A stretch of 64,000 bases of DNA from Planctomycetota bacterium. GTDB lineage: Bacteria > Planctomycetota > GCA-002687715 > CAIWVZ01. A program made the translations under genes and the position numbers. Shown piece after piece: positions 31,419 through 41,576 of this stretch (its first letter is position 1; every line of letters starts with the position of its first letter). Location: the NCBI GenBank assembly GCA_044222185.1, contig JBGANV010000004.1:1-64000 (forward strand), written 5' to 3'. The notes beneath the pieces were generated by a model. That model saw only the letters and a program-made list of their open reading frames with translations, was not told the DNA's origin and searched no databases.

Positions 31419-34171
31419 CTTCATTGCTCCTCGACGTGGTATCCCGCCGCGAGGATTCCGCCGCGCCACCTGCGCGCGCGTGGCTCCTGCCCGGAGGCTC
31501 CCCCGATCGTTGGATCCGCGGACTGGCCGATGTCGGGTTGGCGCGCGGAGACGTCGGCGTGTTCTTCGTGCCAGGCCCGCGATCGACGCGAGAGGCGGTG
31601 GCGCTCCTCGTCGTGCCCGACGCAGGCGTCGTACCCAGCGCCCCATGGCCGGAGGCTCTGCCGCTCGTGCGTTGCGGAACCCGTGTGTTGATTCCACGCG
31701 ATGGTGCGCTCACGCCGCCGCTCCTGGACGCCGAGTGCGATGCGCTTTTCCCCGACGGTTGGGTTCTCGTCCATCCCGCCTTCGGTTGCGTGGTCTTCGA
31801 GGCGGCGGATCGTCGGACGGTCGTCGATCTGCTGGAAGCGCCCGCAGTTCGTGAAGGGGATTGGGGAGTCGCCACGACGGGACCCGTGCCGAGCGAACGC
31901 CTCACGAGCATCGCGCCTCGAACGGCTCCGAGCGCGATCGACGTGATGCGACAGCTCCAGAAGGAGACGCCGACGAAGCCACCGACGGAGATCCCGAAGC
32001 CGCCGGACCGACGTCGACGTCACGTCGACGAGGGGCTGAAGAAGCGCCTCGCGAGGTGGGTTCTCCGGTTCACGGACCGAGTGCCTCGGACGGCGCCTCG
32101 GCGAAACTGGATCAATCGACTCGAGGACTGGGCGAACTTGGTACTCCGTCGCAACCTCAGGGATGAGCGCACCGCGGCGCTCGACCGGCTCCTCGATCTC
32201 CTGAAGCGCGATCCCGACGCAGGCATCCGGTACGCGATCCCGATCGAGGGGGATGCGCCCCGCGGAGCCGCGCCACCCAGCAGTCGCCTCGCGCGGCGTG
32301 ACGCCGACTTCCGGCTCTCGCGCGTGAACCGTTCGGGCCCAAAGGACGTCTGGGACGTGGACGCGCGCCGCCGCGCGGCCCTGCGGTACAGCTACCTCAG
32401 GCATGCCGAGCGTTGTCTCGCCGACGGCCGGTTCCGTGAGGCCGCCTACGTCTACGCTGAACTGTTGGGGGATCATCGCTCGGCGGCGCAGGCTCTCGCC
32501 CGCGGTGGCTACGCTCGCGAGGCCGCCGTCATCTTCCGCGACCGCTTGGGCGAGTTCGCCGAGGCAGCCCGATGCCTGGAGTCGGCCGGCCTGCTCGAGG
32601 AGGCCATCGCGGACCACGAGCGGGCAGGCAATCACCGGCGCGTTGGGGAGCTGTTGGTCCGGCTCGATCGGCCGACCGAAGCCCGGGTCGCCTTCCGTCG
32701 GGCCGTCGACGCCGCGTTGGCCGACGACGCGCCCTTGCGCGCTGCCGAGATTCTCGAGGTCGACCTCCAGGCGCCGGACGAGGCGTTGGAGCTTCTGGAC
32801 CGATTCGACGTCTCGCGTGCCCACGCGGAGGCGTGCCTCAAGGCGTCCTTCGCGCTGCTGGCGCGCCTCGGACGGCACGGGGAAACCGCCAGACGGATCC
32901 TCTCTGCGGCGAACGCCTCGCCGAGAGGCGTAGCCCGGACGCGGCTCGTGCAGATCGTCGGCGAGATCGCGGCTCGGCACGTGGACTCGGAGGTCCGTGC
33001 GACGGCGTCTGACGCCGTGCGCGTGATCGTCGGCCGGGAGTTCGCCGCCGATCCCGGCGCCGACGTCGACATGCTTCGCGTGGTCGCCGCGCTCCGTCCC
33101 GATGATCCCGTGCTGTCGCGGGACGTCGCCCGGTTCGCGAAGGCGTGCGCGGCGCGACCGTGGCGGCTGTTCAGTCGATCCGGAAAGGGCGACCCTGCGT
33201 TCGCGATCCAGAAGGAGTTCACGATTCCGCCGCCGTCGCCCGCGACCGCTGCGATCCTGGTGAGCGGCGCGTGGCTCTTCGTCTACGACACGCTCGCACA
33301 TCGGCGCGGTCACGCCATCGACGTGTGGTCGCTGGAAGGCGGACTCCGTGCGCGTCGCGTGGCGCTGATGGAGAACACGATCCGCTGGCGCGGGTGGCTC
33401 GCATGCGTGCAGGCGACCGGCATGCTCCGGGTCGTCCTGGGGTGCGCCACGTCGCCGTTTCGCATCCCCCTGCAATCGTTCAAGCTGCCCGACGACACGC
33501 GCGTCCGTCTCGGCATTCACCCGTACGCCCCGAACGGAGCCATCTGCGGATGCGCGGACGGCGCGGGCGGGTTCGTGTTTCTCTCCTCACCCGAGGCGGG
33601 AGAGGTCCTGGTGACCTGGTGCACGGCAGAGGGCAACGTCGTCAAGACGGCCCTGTTGACGGACGAACGACTGCCGGCGGAAGGGTCGATCTGGCAGGTG
33701 GTGGCGACGAGAGATGCCGTCGTCCTGCTGACTCCCGGTTCGGTCCATTGCGTGACCCGCAGCGGCGTGACGACGGATTTCAAGGACGTGGGACCGGCGG
33801 TGGGTGCGGTGGTGTCGCCGCCGCCGGGACCGCAACGGCTGGTCCTTCTGACGCCCAATGGCTGCGTCTCGGTGACCGGCCTGGCGAACCCCGACTTCCA
33901 GCAGCGGCTGTTCGCGACCCGACGCAACCCGGCGCATGCGACGTTCACGCGGAACGGAGTCCTCGTGGTCGCCGATGACCTGGGGCTCGCGGCGTACCAG
34001 GAGTCAGGCGAGCTGATGGTCGAGTGCGGCCGCGATCACGGAGTGAGTGTCCAATCCGTCTTCGGCCTTCAACCCGGGCCACACGCCGACGACGTGACCG
34101 TCGTTCGTTTCGACGGAACCGTCACTGTTCGCAGGGTTCCGCGACGACCTGGACTCACGCGCGTCGAGTGA
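31415..34171 (+). CDS. Ternary system bpX3-like protein with TPR-like helical region and beta-rich C-terminus
   Basis: GTGA overlap; AWLLPG..P.RW, HPAFG, LDRLLDLL..DPDAGIRYAIP, FREAAYVYAELLGD...AA..L. Confidence 0.75.
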   Translation: MTSLLLDVVSRREDSAAPPARAWLLPGGSPDRWIRGLADVGLARGDVGVFFVPGPRSTREAVALLVVPDAGVVPSAPWPEALPLVRCGTRVLIPRDGALTPPLLDAECDALFPDGWVLVHPAFGCVVFEAADRRTVVDLLEAPAVREGDWGVATTGPVPSERLTSIAPRTAPSAIDVMRQLQKETPTKPPTEIPKPPDRRRRHVDEGLKKRLARWVLRFTDRVPRTAPRRNWINRLEDWANLVLRRNLRDERTAALDRLLDLLKRDPDAGIRYAIPIEGDAPRGAAPPSSRLARRDADFRLSRVNRSGPKDVWDVDARRRAALRYSYLRHAERCLADGRFREAAYVYAELLGDHRSAAQALARGGYAREAAVIFRDRLGEFAEAARCLESAGLLEEAIADHERAGNHRRVGELLVRLDRPTEARVAFRRAVDAALADDAPLRAAEILEVDLQAPDEALELLDRFDVSRAHAEACLKASFALLARLGRHGETARRILSAANASPRGVARTRLVQIVGEIAARHVDSEVRATASDAVRVIVGREFAADPGADVDMLRVVAALRPDDPVLSRDVARFAKACAARPWRLFSRSGKGDPAFAIQKEFTIPPPSPATAAILVSGAWLFVYDTLAHRRGHAIDVWSLEGGLRARRVALMENTIRWRGWLACVQATGMLRVVLGCATSPFRIPLQSFKLPDDTRVRLGIHPYAPNGAICGCADGAGGFVFLSSPEAGEVLVTWCTAEGNVVKTALLTDERLPAEGSIWQVVATRDAVVLLTPGSVHCVTRSGVTTDFKDVGPAVGAVVSPPPGPQRLVLLTPNGCVSVTGLANPDFQQRLFATRRNPAHATFTRNGVLVVADDLGLAAYQESGELMVECGRDHGVSVQSVFGLQPGPHADDVTVVRFDGTVTVRRVPRRPGLTRVE

Positions 34172-34185
34172 GGCGCCGATCGCGC

Positions 34186-34707
34186 TCAGGCCTTGCGCCC
34201 CAGGGTTTCCCGCAGGAACCAGATTCGCCGCTCGGTCTCGTCGACCCAGACCTCGATCAGGCTCGTCGTCGCCATGTCCTCGTGCCGTTCGCAGATCGCG
34301 TGAACGTCCTTCAGTGCCTGGACGAACGTGCGGTTGTCGCGGGCGAGTTCGCCGAGCATCTGCTCGGCAGGGACGTTCTCCGAGTCGTCGTCGGCGATGC
34401 GCTGGCGGCGTCCGATCTCTGCGATCGAGTGGAGCGTCGTCCCTCCGAGCTTGCGGGCGCGCTCGGCCAACGGGTCCACCATCGCATAGATCTGATCCGC
34501 CTGTTCATCCAGAAGGAGGTGATGTTGCCGGAAGTTCGGCCCGCTCACGTGCCAGTGGAAGTTCTTCGTCTTCATCCAGAGCGCGAGCGTGTCGGCGAGT
34601 AGCGGCTTCAGGGCCTCGGTGATCTCGGAGATCCCGGGTTGTTTCGTGTTGCCCGTCGTCGACTCCGGGCGAGCGGTGACACGGTCCAGGAGTTTCGGCT
34701 GCGTCAT
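34186..34707 (-). CDS. dps: Dps family ferritin-like DNA-protection protein
   Basis: LADTLALWMKTKNFHWHVSGPNF..HHLLLDEQ...DPLAERAR.LGG...ETERRIWFL. Confidence 0.95.
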   Translation of the reverse strand: MTQPKLLDRVTARPESTTGNTKQPGISEITEALKPLLADTLALWMKTKNFHWHVSGPNFRQHHLLLDEQADQIYAMVDPLAERARKLGGTTLHSIAEIGRRQRIADDDSENVPAEQMLGELARDNRTFVQALKDVHAICERHEDMATTSLIEVWVDETERRIWFLRETLGRKA

Positions 34708-34927
34708 GGTTCCCTCGAACGCTGAAGTGAGAGGCTTCGATGAATGTTGCCGAGAGGCTGAATTCCCTCAGCGGAATCCGTCGACTCGTCGCACACCCTC
34801 CTATAGAGCGGCGAGGCTGGACAATGTGGGGTGAGCTGTCCACCCCGCGCGCTGATCGAGATGGGACATCTGGCCGATCCCGGAGGATCGGTCAGATGTC
34901 CGCATTCGAATTACCGGACGAGGGCAA

Positions 34928-35755
34928 ATGGCCATGCCGACGATCACGACGAAGGACGGAACCTCGATCTATTACAAGGACTGGGGACAGGGCCAGCCGG
35001 TCGTCTTCAGTCACGGTTGGCCGCTCAGCGCCGATGCGTGGGAGGACCAGATGCTGTTTCTCGGGGCGCGTGGGTTCCGTTGCATCGCGCACGATCGCCG
35101 GGGCCACGGGCGATCGAGTCAGCCTTGGGACGGGAACGACATGGATACGTACGCCGACGACCTCGCAGCACTCGTTGCCGCGCTCGACTTGCGCAGCGCG
35201 ATCCACGTCGGGCACTCGACGGGCGGCGGAGAGGTGGCCCGTTACGTCGGACGCCACGGCACGTCCCGCGTGGCGAAGGTGGTGCTGATCGGTGCGGTCA
35301 CCCCGATCATGCTGAAGTCGGCCACCAACCCGTCGGGGACGCCGATGGAGACGTTCGACGCGATCCGCGCGGGCGTCGTCATGGACCGCTCCCAGTACTT
35401 CAAGGATCTCAGCGGACCGTTCTACGGCGCCAACCGGTCGGGGTCTACGGTGTCGGCCGGGCTTCGGGAGGGGTTCTGGTTTCAGGGCATGCAGGCCGGC
35501 ATGAAGAGCGCGTTCGATTGCATCAAGGCGTTCTCCGAGACCGACTTCACGGCCGACTTGCGGCGGTTCGACGTGCCCACGCTCATCCTGCATGGTGACG
35601 ACGACCAGATCGTCCCCATCGACGCGTCTGCGAGACTGGCGGCCAAACTCGTGAGGGGCGCGAGGCTCGAGGTGTACGCCGGCGCACCCCACGGGATGTG
35701 TTCGACGCACAAGCAGCAGGTCAACGCCGATCTGCTGGCGTTCGCCCGATCCTGA
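34928..35755 (+). CDS. cpo: Non-heme chloroperoxidase/perhydrolase (alpha/beta hydrolase)
   Basis: [49 protein letters not shown]. Confidence 0.92.
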   Translation: MAMPTITTKDGTSIYYKDWGQGQPVVFSHGWPLSADAWEDQMLFLGARGFRCIAHDRRGHGRSSQPWDGNDMDTYADDLAALVAALDLRSAIHVGHSTGGGEVARYVGRHGTSRVAKVVLIGAVTPIMLKSATNPSGTPMETFDAIRAGVVMDRSQYFKDLSGPFYGANRSGSTVSAGLREGFWFQGMQAGMKSAFDCIKAFSETDFTADLRRFDVPTLILHGDDDQIVPIDASARLAAKLVRGARLEVYAGAPHGMCSTHKQQVNADLLAFARS

Positions 35756-35907
35756 CGGCCGACACGGTGACGTGCGCCCGTCGGCCGCGCCGCGCCGTCG
35801 ACCGACTTCGGTGGTAGCCGCGCCACGCACGCGGCTGGCGGCCGCACCATCGCCTGCTATCAACCTCGCATTCGAACGGGACGCCCGTTGGATGGCGAGG
35901 ATCCGCG

Positions 35908-36150
35908 ATGAAGAAAGACGCCGTGAGCTGCCCCGGATGTGGCGGTTCGAACCTGGTCCGCACGAAGATGACGCTGAGGCTCGGCCCGCTTGCCGACGGC
36001 GCATCGCTCGAGGGCGACATGAAGTCCTACGCCTGTGCAGACTGCCGTTTGCTGAGCTTCTTCGTCAGCGAACTGGACGTCCCGCCGCTGAAGCGCGCGC
36101 TTGCGCAAGCAAAACCCTCCGCGCGCTCTCGGGGGCCGGCCGCGAAGTGA
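35908..36150 (+). CDS. Small zinc-ribbon protein
   Basis: CPGCGG ... ACADC pairs; GAGG upstream. Confidence 0.6.
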   Translation: MKKDAVSCPGCGGSNLVRTKMTLRLGPLADGASLEGDMKSYACADCRLLSFFVSELDVPPLKRALAQAKPSARSRGPAAK

Positions 36151-36254
36151 TGGGGAAGCGATGCGGGGCGGTCAGGAAATCGACGAATGGAACGTCGGGT
36201 TGGCGTCACGCGTGGTCCCGGTCCGTCGCCTCGTGATCGGTAGAGGAACCCGCG

Positions 36255-38984
36255 ATGAGCACTGAGGCGGAGTCGCCCGACGCGAAGATCCAGCAGATCG
36301 TCGAGGCCTGTCTCGAGGCCTTCGACGAAGGGCGGACGCCCGACCTGGCGGCGCTCTGCGACGGCGACCTGGCGGTCGAGGCGCAAGTCCGGCGGATCCT
36401 CGGATACGAACCCCTGGCCGCGACGTTGCTGCGCATGCACGACGACGGACCTCCCGCGGGCCTGCCCGAGCGTCTCGGGCCCTACGCGCTGAAGGAGCGC
36501 ATCGGAGCCGGCGGCATGGGGCAGGTCTTCGTGGCCGTCGACCCCGACCTCGGTCGCGAAGTGGCGCTGAAGCTCGTCGCGGCGGCGTCGACCGACACGG
36601 CGCGCTTTCGCCGCGAGGCGACGATCGCCGCGGCCCTGGACCACCCCAACATCGTTCCGATCCACGGCATCGGCGAGGATGGCGGATCCGTCTACATCGC
36701 CATGAAGCGTCTCACGGGGCCGGGCCTCGACGCGCTTGCGGCGCCGATGTCGACGCGTGAGGCGGCTTCCGTCGGCGCTGCCATCGCGCGCGCGCTGCAG
36801 TTCGCCCACGAGGCGGGCGTCGTGCATCGTGACGTGAAGCCGGGGAACATCGTGCTCGATCGCGGCGTCCCTCACCTCGTCGACTTCGGCCTGGCGCGCT
36901 CGACGTCGTTCGCCACGATGACGGCCGAAGGCCAGATCGTCGGAACGTTGCCTTACATGGCACCCGAGCGATTCCAGAACGCCGACGCGGATACCGGCGC
37001 GGGCGCGGACATCTACGGCCTCGGGGCATCGTTGTACGAGTGCGTCACCGGCCGCCCGTGTTTTGCAGCTCCGGAACGTGCCGCGCTGCTGAAGCAGATC
37101 CTGCTCGCGGACGCACCGCCGTTGCGACTGGCAGGCGAGGATCGAGGCCTCGAAGCGATCATCCTTCGGGCGTTGCAGAAAGACCGGCGCCACCGATTCC
37201 CGACGGCGCAGGCCATGGCCGACGACCTGGAATCCTGGCTCGCGGGGCGGCCCATCTCGTCGCGGCGGGACGGAGTCATCACGCGTGCGTGGCGGCGGAT
37301 CCGCCGGCACCCGCGCGTGGCGATCGCCGCCGCCGTCGTCGCGCTGGCCGTAGCCGGACTCGTCGTGGCATTCCTGCTCGACGCCGCTGCGCGCCGCAAG
37401 CGGATCGAGGCGGACGTCAGCCACATCGACGAAGCGCTCAGCCGCGACGAGCTCGGCCTTGCGACGAAGCTCTGGGAGTCGGTTCGGGATGTGGCAGGAG
37501 GCGTCACCGGATTCCCGGGGGTGTCCGCACGGCTTCAGGCCGCGACGGCCGTCGAGGAGTTGCTGGATGCGTTGCTCGGCGAGGGGCCGGCGTCGACCTC
37601 CATGCCAGCGTTCGTCGCCTCCGTCCCGCGGAGTGAGCTCATGGCCAGGGTCGAGGCGACGCGCGCCCATCACGATGACGCGCTGTTCGCGTCGCTCGCA
37701 CTGGCACACGCCGCCTTGACGGCGCGCGACCTGCCGCTGGTCTCCCGCATCCTCGACGGAATCGAATCGGACGGGCGGATCGGTGTCACTCGCGCGACGA
37801 CGGCTCTCCGCGCGGCGGCGCAGCCGGAGGCGACCTGGAAGCCTCCCGCCGTCGCCGCGAAGTCACCGACCGACAACCTTTTCACGGCCCTCGTCATGCG
37901 CAGTCTGGCCGCCCCGTTCGACGAGCGTGAGCGGGAGATCGAGGCCGCGTTCGGCGGCGACAAACCGGGCGTCCATTATCGCGTCGGACTTTGCCTCGTT
38001 CAGCTTCGCTCGGATCAAGGCAGCTACCGCGAGGCGTTGGCGCTCACGAGGACGCTCGAGCGTCCGACCCAGCGGAACGACGCCCTCCTGCGGATGCGCG
38101 CGCACCTCCACGTCGTCCTGGGGGACGGCGACGCCGCGCTGCGGGCGGTCGCGGAGATCCCGGAAGAGCGGCGCGTGCTCTTCGACGAGTATCTGCGCCT
38201 GTCGATCCTCCGAACACGGGGCGACACGGAGTCCGTCGCGGCAGGATGGCGAGCGCTGGAGCAGCGTTGGCCAGGGAAGCCCGAGGCCCTGCTGGCGAAG
38301 GGGTATTTCGCGCTCGATCAGGGGCGCGTCGACGACGCATTGGCGGCATTCGAGTCCGCGGCTCGCCTCGATGGCTGGTACCACTATCGCGAGCTGGCGG
38401 CTGCCGAGGCACTCAATTGTCGCTTCACGAAGGCCACCGAGGCCGGCGCCGTCCCCGACGCGGACACGATCGACAAGATCCGCTCCGACGCCGCCGCCTC
38501 GACGTTCCGGCTTCCTTATGCGCGCTCGACGGCCCTCCTGGTCGAGAGCAGCGCGGCGACCCTCGACGATGACCGCCCGTTCGCGCTCGCGAAGGCGCGA
38601 GATGCGCGGTCGGCTGGGCCGGAAAACCCCGTCGCCGCGCTCTGGTTCGCGCACCTCGCCTTCGACACCGTCGTCGCGACGGAGCCATCGGACGAGAAGC
38701 CATTGACTCTCGAGATGCGCCAGCTCGCGCTCGAGGGGATCGAGTCGGCGGCGACGGCGCTCCGCCTCGATGGTCGTCGTGGCGTGCTGCCGCCCGGAAG
38801 GCGGGCGGCGGCCCGTTATTACGAGGCCGCGCTCGCGCTCCTCTGCGGAGACCGCGACCGCGCCCGCACGGCGGCCGCCAAGGGGCTCGCCGAGCCTGCC
38901 GAGCCCGGACCGAACGGCGCCGCCGTCACCGCGGGGCTCGAGTGGGTCGCGGGCCAGACGAAGCCGGCCCCGGCGGTGAAGTGA
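36255..38984 (+). CDS. Membrane Ser/Thr protein kinase with TPR-like C-terminal region
   Basis: IGAGGMGQV, VALK, HRDVKPGN, DFGLA, GTLPYMAPE, DIYGLG; transmembrane segment VAIAAAVVALAVAGLVVAFLL. Confidence 0.95.
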   Translation: MSTEAESPDAKIQQIVEACLEAFDEGRTPDLAALCDGDLAVEAQVRRILGYEPLAATLLRMHDDGPPAGLPERLGPYALKERIGAGGMGQVFVAVDPDLGREVALKLVAAASTDTARFRREATIAAALDHPNIVPIHGIGEDGGSVYIAMKRLTGPGLDALAAPMSTREAASVGAAIARALQFAHEAGVVHRDVKPGNIVLDRGVPHLVDFGLARSTSFATMTAEGQIVGTLPYMAPERFQNADADTGAGADIYGLGASLYECVTGRPCFAAPERAALLKQILLADAPPLRLAGEDRGLEAIILRALQKDRRHRFPTAQAMADDLESWLAGRPISSRRDGVITRAWRRIRRHPRVAIAAAVVALAVAGLVVAFLLDAAARRKRIEADVSHIDEALSRDELGLATKLWESVRDVAGGVTGFPGVSARLQAATAVEELLDALLGEGPASTSMPAFVASVPRSELMARVEATRAHHDDALFASLALAHAALTARDLPLVSRILDGIESDGRIGVTRATTALRAAAQPEATWKPPAVAAKSPTDNLFTALVMRSLAAPFDEREREIEAAFGGDKPGVHYRVGLCLVQLRSDQGSYREALALTRTLERPTQRNDALLRMRAHLHVVLGDGDAALRAVAEIPEERRVLFDEYLRLSILRTRGDTESVAAGWRALEQRWPGKPEALLAKGYFALDQGRVDDALAAFESAARLDGWYHYRELAAAEALNCRFTKATEAGAVPDADTIDKIRSDAAASTFRLPYARSTALLVESSAATLDDDRPFALAKARDARSAGPENPVAALWFAHLAFDTVVATEPSDEKPLTLEMRQLALEGIESAATALRLDGRRGVLPPGRRAAARYYEAALALLCGDRDRARTAAAKGLAEPAEPGPNGAAVTAGLEWVAGQTKPAPAVK

Positions 38985-39024
38985 TCTCGTCGGAACACCG
39001 CTCGTTCCGCGAGGCGTTCTCGGG

Positions 39025-40293
39025 CTACGGCGTCTGGTTGATCGTCGCCCAGGGCTGCCCGGTCCCGAAGAGCGTGTCGTACGACGTCGAGATGCGCAGG
39101 ATCGTCGCCGCGCCCGCCGGGAAGCTCGTCGGAAGCTGCACGGAGTAAATCCCGGGCTCGGACCAGGAAAGCGACCCGAGGAAGATGCCGCCCAGGCTGT
39201 CACGGATGCGGATGGTGGGAACACCGACGGCGGACCGGAGCTTCAGACGCAGGATGTTGTCCGCGCCGCGCAGCGACGACGACGCGGAGTTCACCATGGC
39301 CTTGTCGCCGCCGAGGTTGCCCGGGCGCGGAACGTAGAACCGCACACCGAGCCCGTTGCTCCAGGAGATTCGCGGCGGGAGGCCGTTTCCGCCCGGCGGG
39401 GTCAGTCCCGTCAGGCCACCGGTCGTCGTCTCGTTCGACGTCGTGATGTGCGCGGTGGACGTGCTCACGAGTCCGACGAACTGGATCATGAGCTCCATGC
39501 CCGTCTCCTTGGCGTAGTCGTACCAGTGGATCAGGTCTGCCTTCGGAGGGTTCGTTGGGCCGGAGTTGAAGAAGTCGATGAGCGGATTCCCGTTGGTCGG
39601 TGCGATCACCGCCGTCTGGTTCACCATGACGTTCATCGCCAGGAGCTCGAAGTCGATCACCGTGTCGTCCGTCGGGTTGGCCGCATGCTGGGTCCACCAC
39701 TGGTTCAGCAGGTTCAGATTCTCGCCCCACACCGGCGCATGGCAGCGCCAGTAGCGGGTCTGTGGCGCCGCTGACGGCGAGGGTGCTCCCGTGAGGGACG
39801 ACGGGGGGGTGGACGGGAGGCAGATCGGCTCCCACGCCGAGCGGACGGCCGTCGGTTGCGTTCCCATCAAGCCGGGACCGAGAGCGGTCTCGAGAAAAGG
39901 CGTGAGGAATGCGTCGGGCACGGCGAGCGTCGGGAATCCGGCCGGCGGCGGGAAGTGCGTGGGGAGGTCCGATGGTGTGGGGGTGGCGAGGAAGGGGAAA
40001 CGGCTGATCGTCTCGGCGTAGATTTCCTCCGCGTACCACGGAGCTCCGTCTTCGGGTGGGAGGACGTGAACCCACATGACGGGATAGACCCAGAACCCTG
40101 GGGGCCCCGACACGGTCAGTTTGTTGAAGAGGTGCGTCGACATGTCGTCCGGCGGCTCCCAGCTGCCGTCGGCTGCCAGACCCTCGAGGTTGGCAACGAG
40201 GGGCGACGGCCAGACGACCGACGACTGCGCGACGGCGGGAAGACCTGCGAACACGATCAGGCCAAGTGTGATCCACGAAACGACACGACTCAT
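39025..40293 (-). CDS. Secreted hypothetical protein, Pro/Thr-rich, possible Ig-like C-terminus
   Basis: Signal peptide ending AVAQ; protein-like composition; no family recognised. Confidence 0.75.
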   Translation of the reverse strand: MSRVVSWITLGLIVFAGLPAVAQSSVVWPSPLVANLEGLAADGSWEPPDDMSTHLFNKLTVSGPPGFWVYPVMWVHVLPPEDGAPWYAEEIYAETISRFPFLATPTPSDLPTHFPPPAGFPTLAVPDAFLTPFLETALGPGLMGTQPTAVRSAWEPICLPSTPPSSLTGAPSPSAAPQTRYWRCHAPVWGENLNLLNQWWTQHAANPTDDTVIDFELLAMNVMVNQTAVIAPTNGNPLIDFFNSGPTNPPKADLIHWYDYAKETGMELMIQFVGLVSTSTAHITTSNETTTGGLTGLTPPGGNGLPPRISWSNGLGVRFYVPRPGNLGGDKAMVNSASSSLRGADNILRLKLRSAVGVPTIRIRDSLGGIFLGSLSWSEPGIYSVQLPTSFPAGAATILRISTSYDTLFGTGQPWATINQTP

Positions 40294-40493
40294 GGGGATA
40301 GCTCCAGACGTTCAGCAGTCATGACGCGCGACGTCGATGCGGGAGGGCGCCGGCGGCACGCGTGGGGACGGAGGGGTGGAGGAATGGAATCGCCCGCGAG
40401 GGGCGAGTAATCTGTGACGCACGCAAACCGCGGTCGGCTCAAGCCTGGCGGGCGCTCGATCGGCGCGGATCCTGCGCGACTCGCGTCCTCTCG

Positions 40494-41099
40494 ATGCAAG
40501 CCAACGACGACCTCGAAGCCGCGCGCCAAGGCGACGCCGACGCGATCATGCGGCTCATCCAGCGCCACGAAGCGCGCCTGAGGCGCCTGGTGCACGATCG
40601 GCTCGGCCCCCAGCTTCGAGAGAAGATCTCGACGTCCGACGTGCTTCAGAGCGCCTACCTGGACCTCATCAAGGACTTCGGCCGTTTCCGCGGAGCGACG
40701 GCGGACGAGTTCATCGGCTGGTTCGCGCAGCTCGTCGAGCACAACGTCCGGGACAAGGTCAAGTTCTTCGAGGCGCGGAAGCGCGCGCCGCCCGGCAAGG
40801 AGCCCGAGGCAGCGCTTGGGTTCAAGGCGGCTGCCGGACCGGGGCCTTACTCGCTCAACGCCCTCTTCGACGATCTTCAGGCGGTTCACGGTGCCATGGG
40901 GCGGTTGAGCGAGGATCACCGCGCCGTCATCCAGATGAAGTTCGTCGACGGGCTGTCGCACGAGCAGATCGCGGATCGGCTCGGCCGGAGCGTCGCCGCC
41001 ACGCGGGCGTTGCTGGTTCGCGCGCGGGCGACCCTCCTGCTGGAGATCGACCGGGGTCGCAACCGAGATCGCGGCCGGGAGCCCCCGGGGGCGGGGTGA
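40494..41099 (+). CDS. ECF sigma-70 factor, planctomycete kinase-associated type
   Basis: AARQGDADA..RL..R....LR.LV..RLG..LR..ISTSDVLQ; FRG....EF.GW; region 4 LSHEQIADRLGRS..A...LL.RAR. Confidence 0.9.
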   Translation: MQANDDLEAARQGDADAIMRLIQRHEARLRRLVHDRLGPQLREKISTSDVLQSAYLDLIKDFGRFRGATADEFIGWFAQLVEHNVRDKVKFFEARKRAPPGKEPEAALGFKAAAGPGPYSLNALFDDLQAVHGAMGRLSEDHRAVIQMKFVDGLSHEQIADRLGRSVAATRALLVRARATLLLEIDRGRNRDRGREPPGAG

Positions 41100-41576
41100 T
41101 TCCGGCTGTCGTGTGGGTGGAGGCGTAGGAGGCACGGTCTTGGAGGCGACAACGGCGCGCGCACGCGACGCGGAGTTTGGATTTCTTGTCCGTGTTCGCG
41201 AACCCCCGGCGCAGGCGCCGGAGTTTATCGTCCCGACGGCCCCGGTGGGAATCGACGCCGGCCGCGGTTCCTCCGCGCCAGCGGCGTGGGAGTCGGAAAG
41301 ATCGCCGCGGCGGAGCCAATCGGAGCCAGCGCCGAGCGTTTGCGCACTGTGCCAGCCGACCCTGCCCCCGGGCCCGGGGCTCCTGCCGACGGCGCGCGCC
41401 CCGAGCCGGCCCGAAGTGCCCGCGACAGCCGAACGCTCCGTGGCCGGAGCGGCGGCCCCCGACGAAACCCCCGAGGCTTCACCCAAGGATGCGCGCCGCA
41501 GCGATCGCGCGGCCGGCCGGAGATCGTCCGAGCGTTCCGCAGGCGGCGGGCGCTGCGCACCCGCCGCGTCCAGCCC

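Noticed and set aside
24731-34171. Prophage or integrative element carrying the conflict operon
   Set aside because: No integrase, transposase, phage structural gene, tRNA target or flanking direct repeat seen; composition looks like the rest of the window.
41100-41576. Gene or ncRNA between the ECF sigma and the DUF6259-like gene
   Set aside because: Candidate ORFs are low-complexity and overlap neighbours; no recognisable RNA family.
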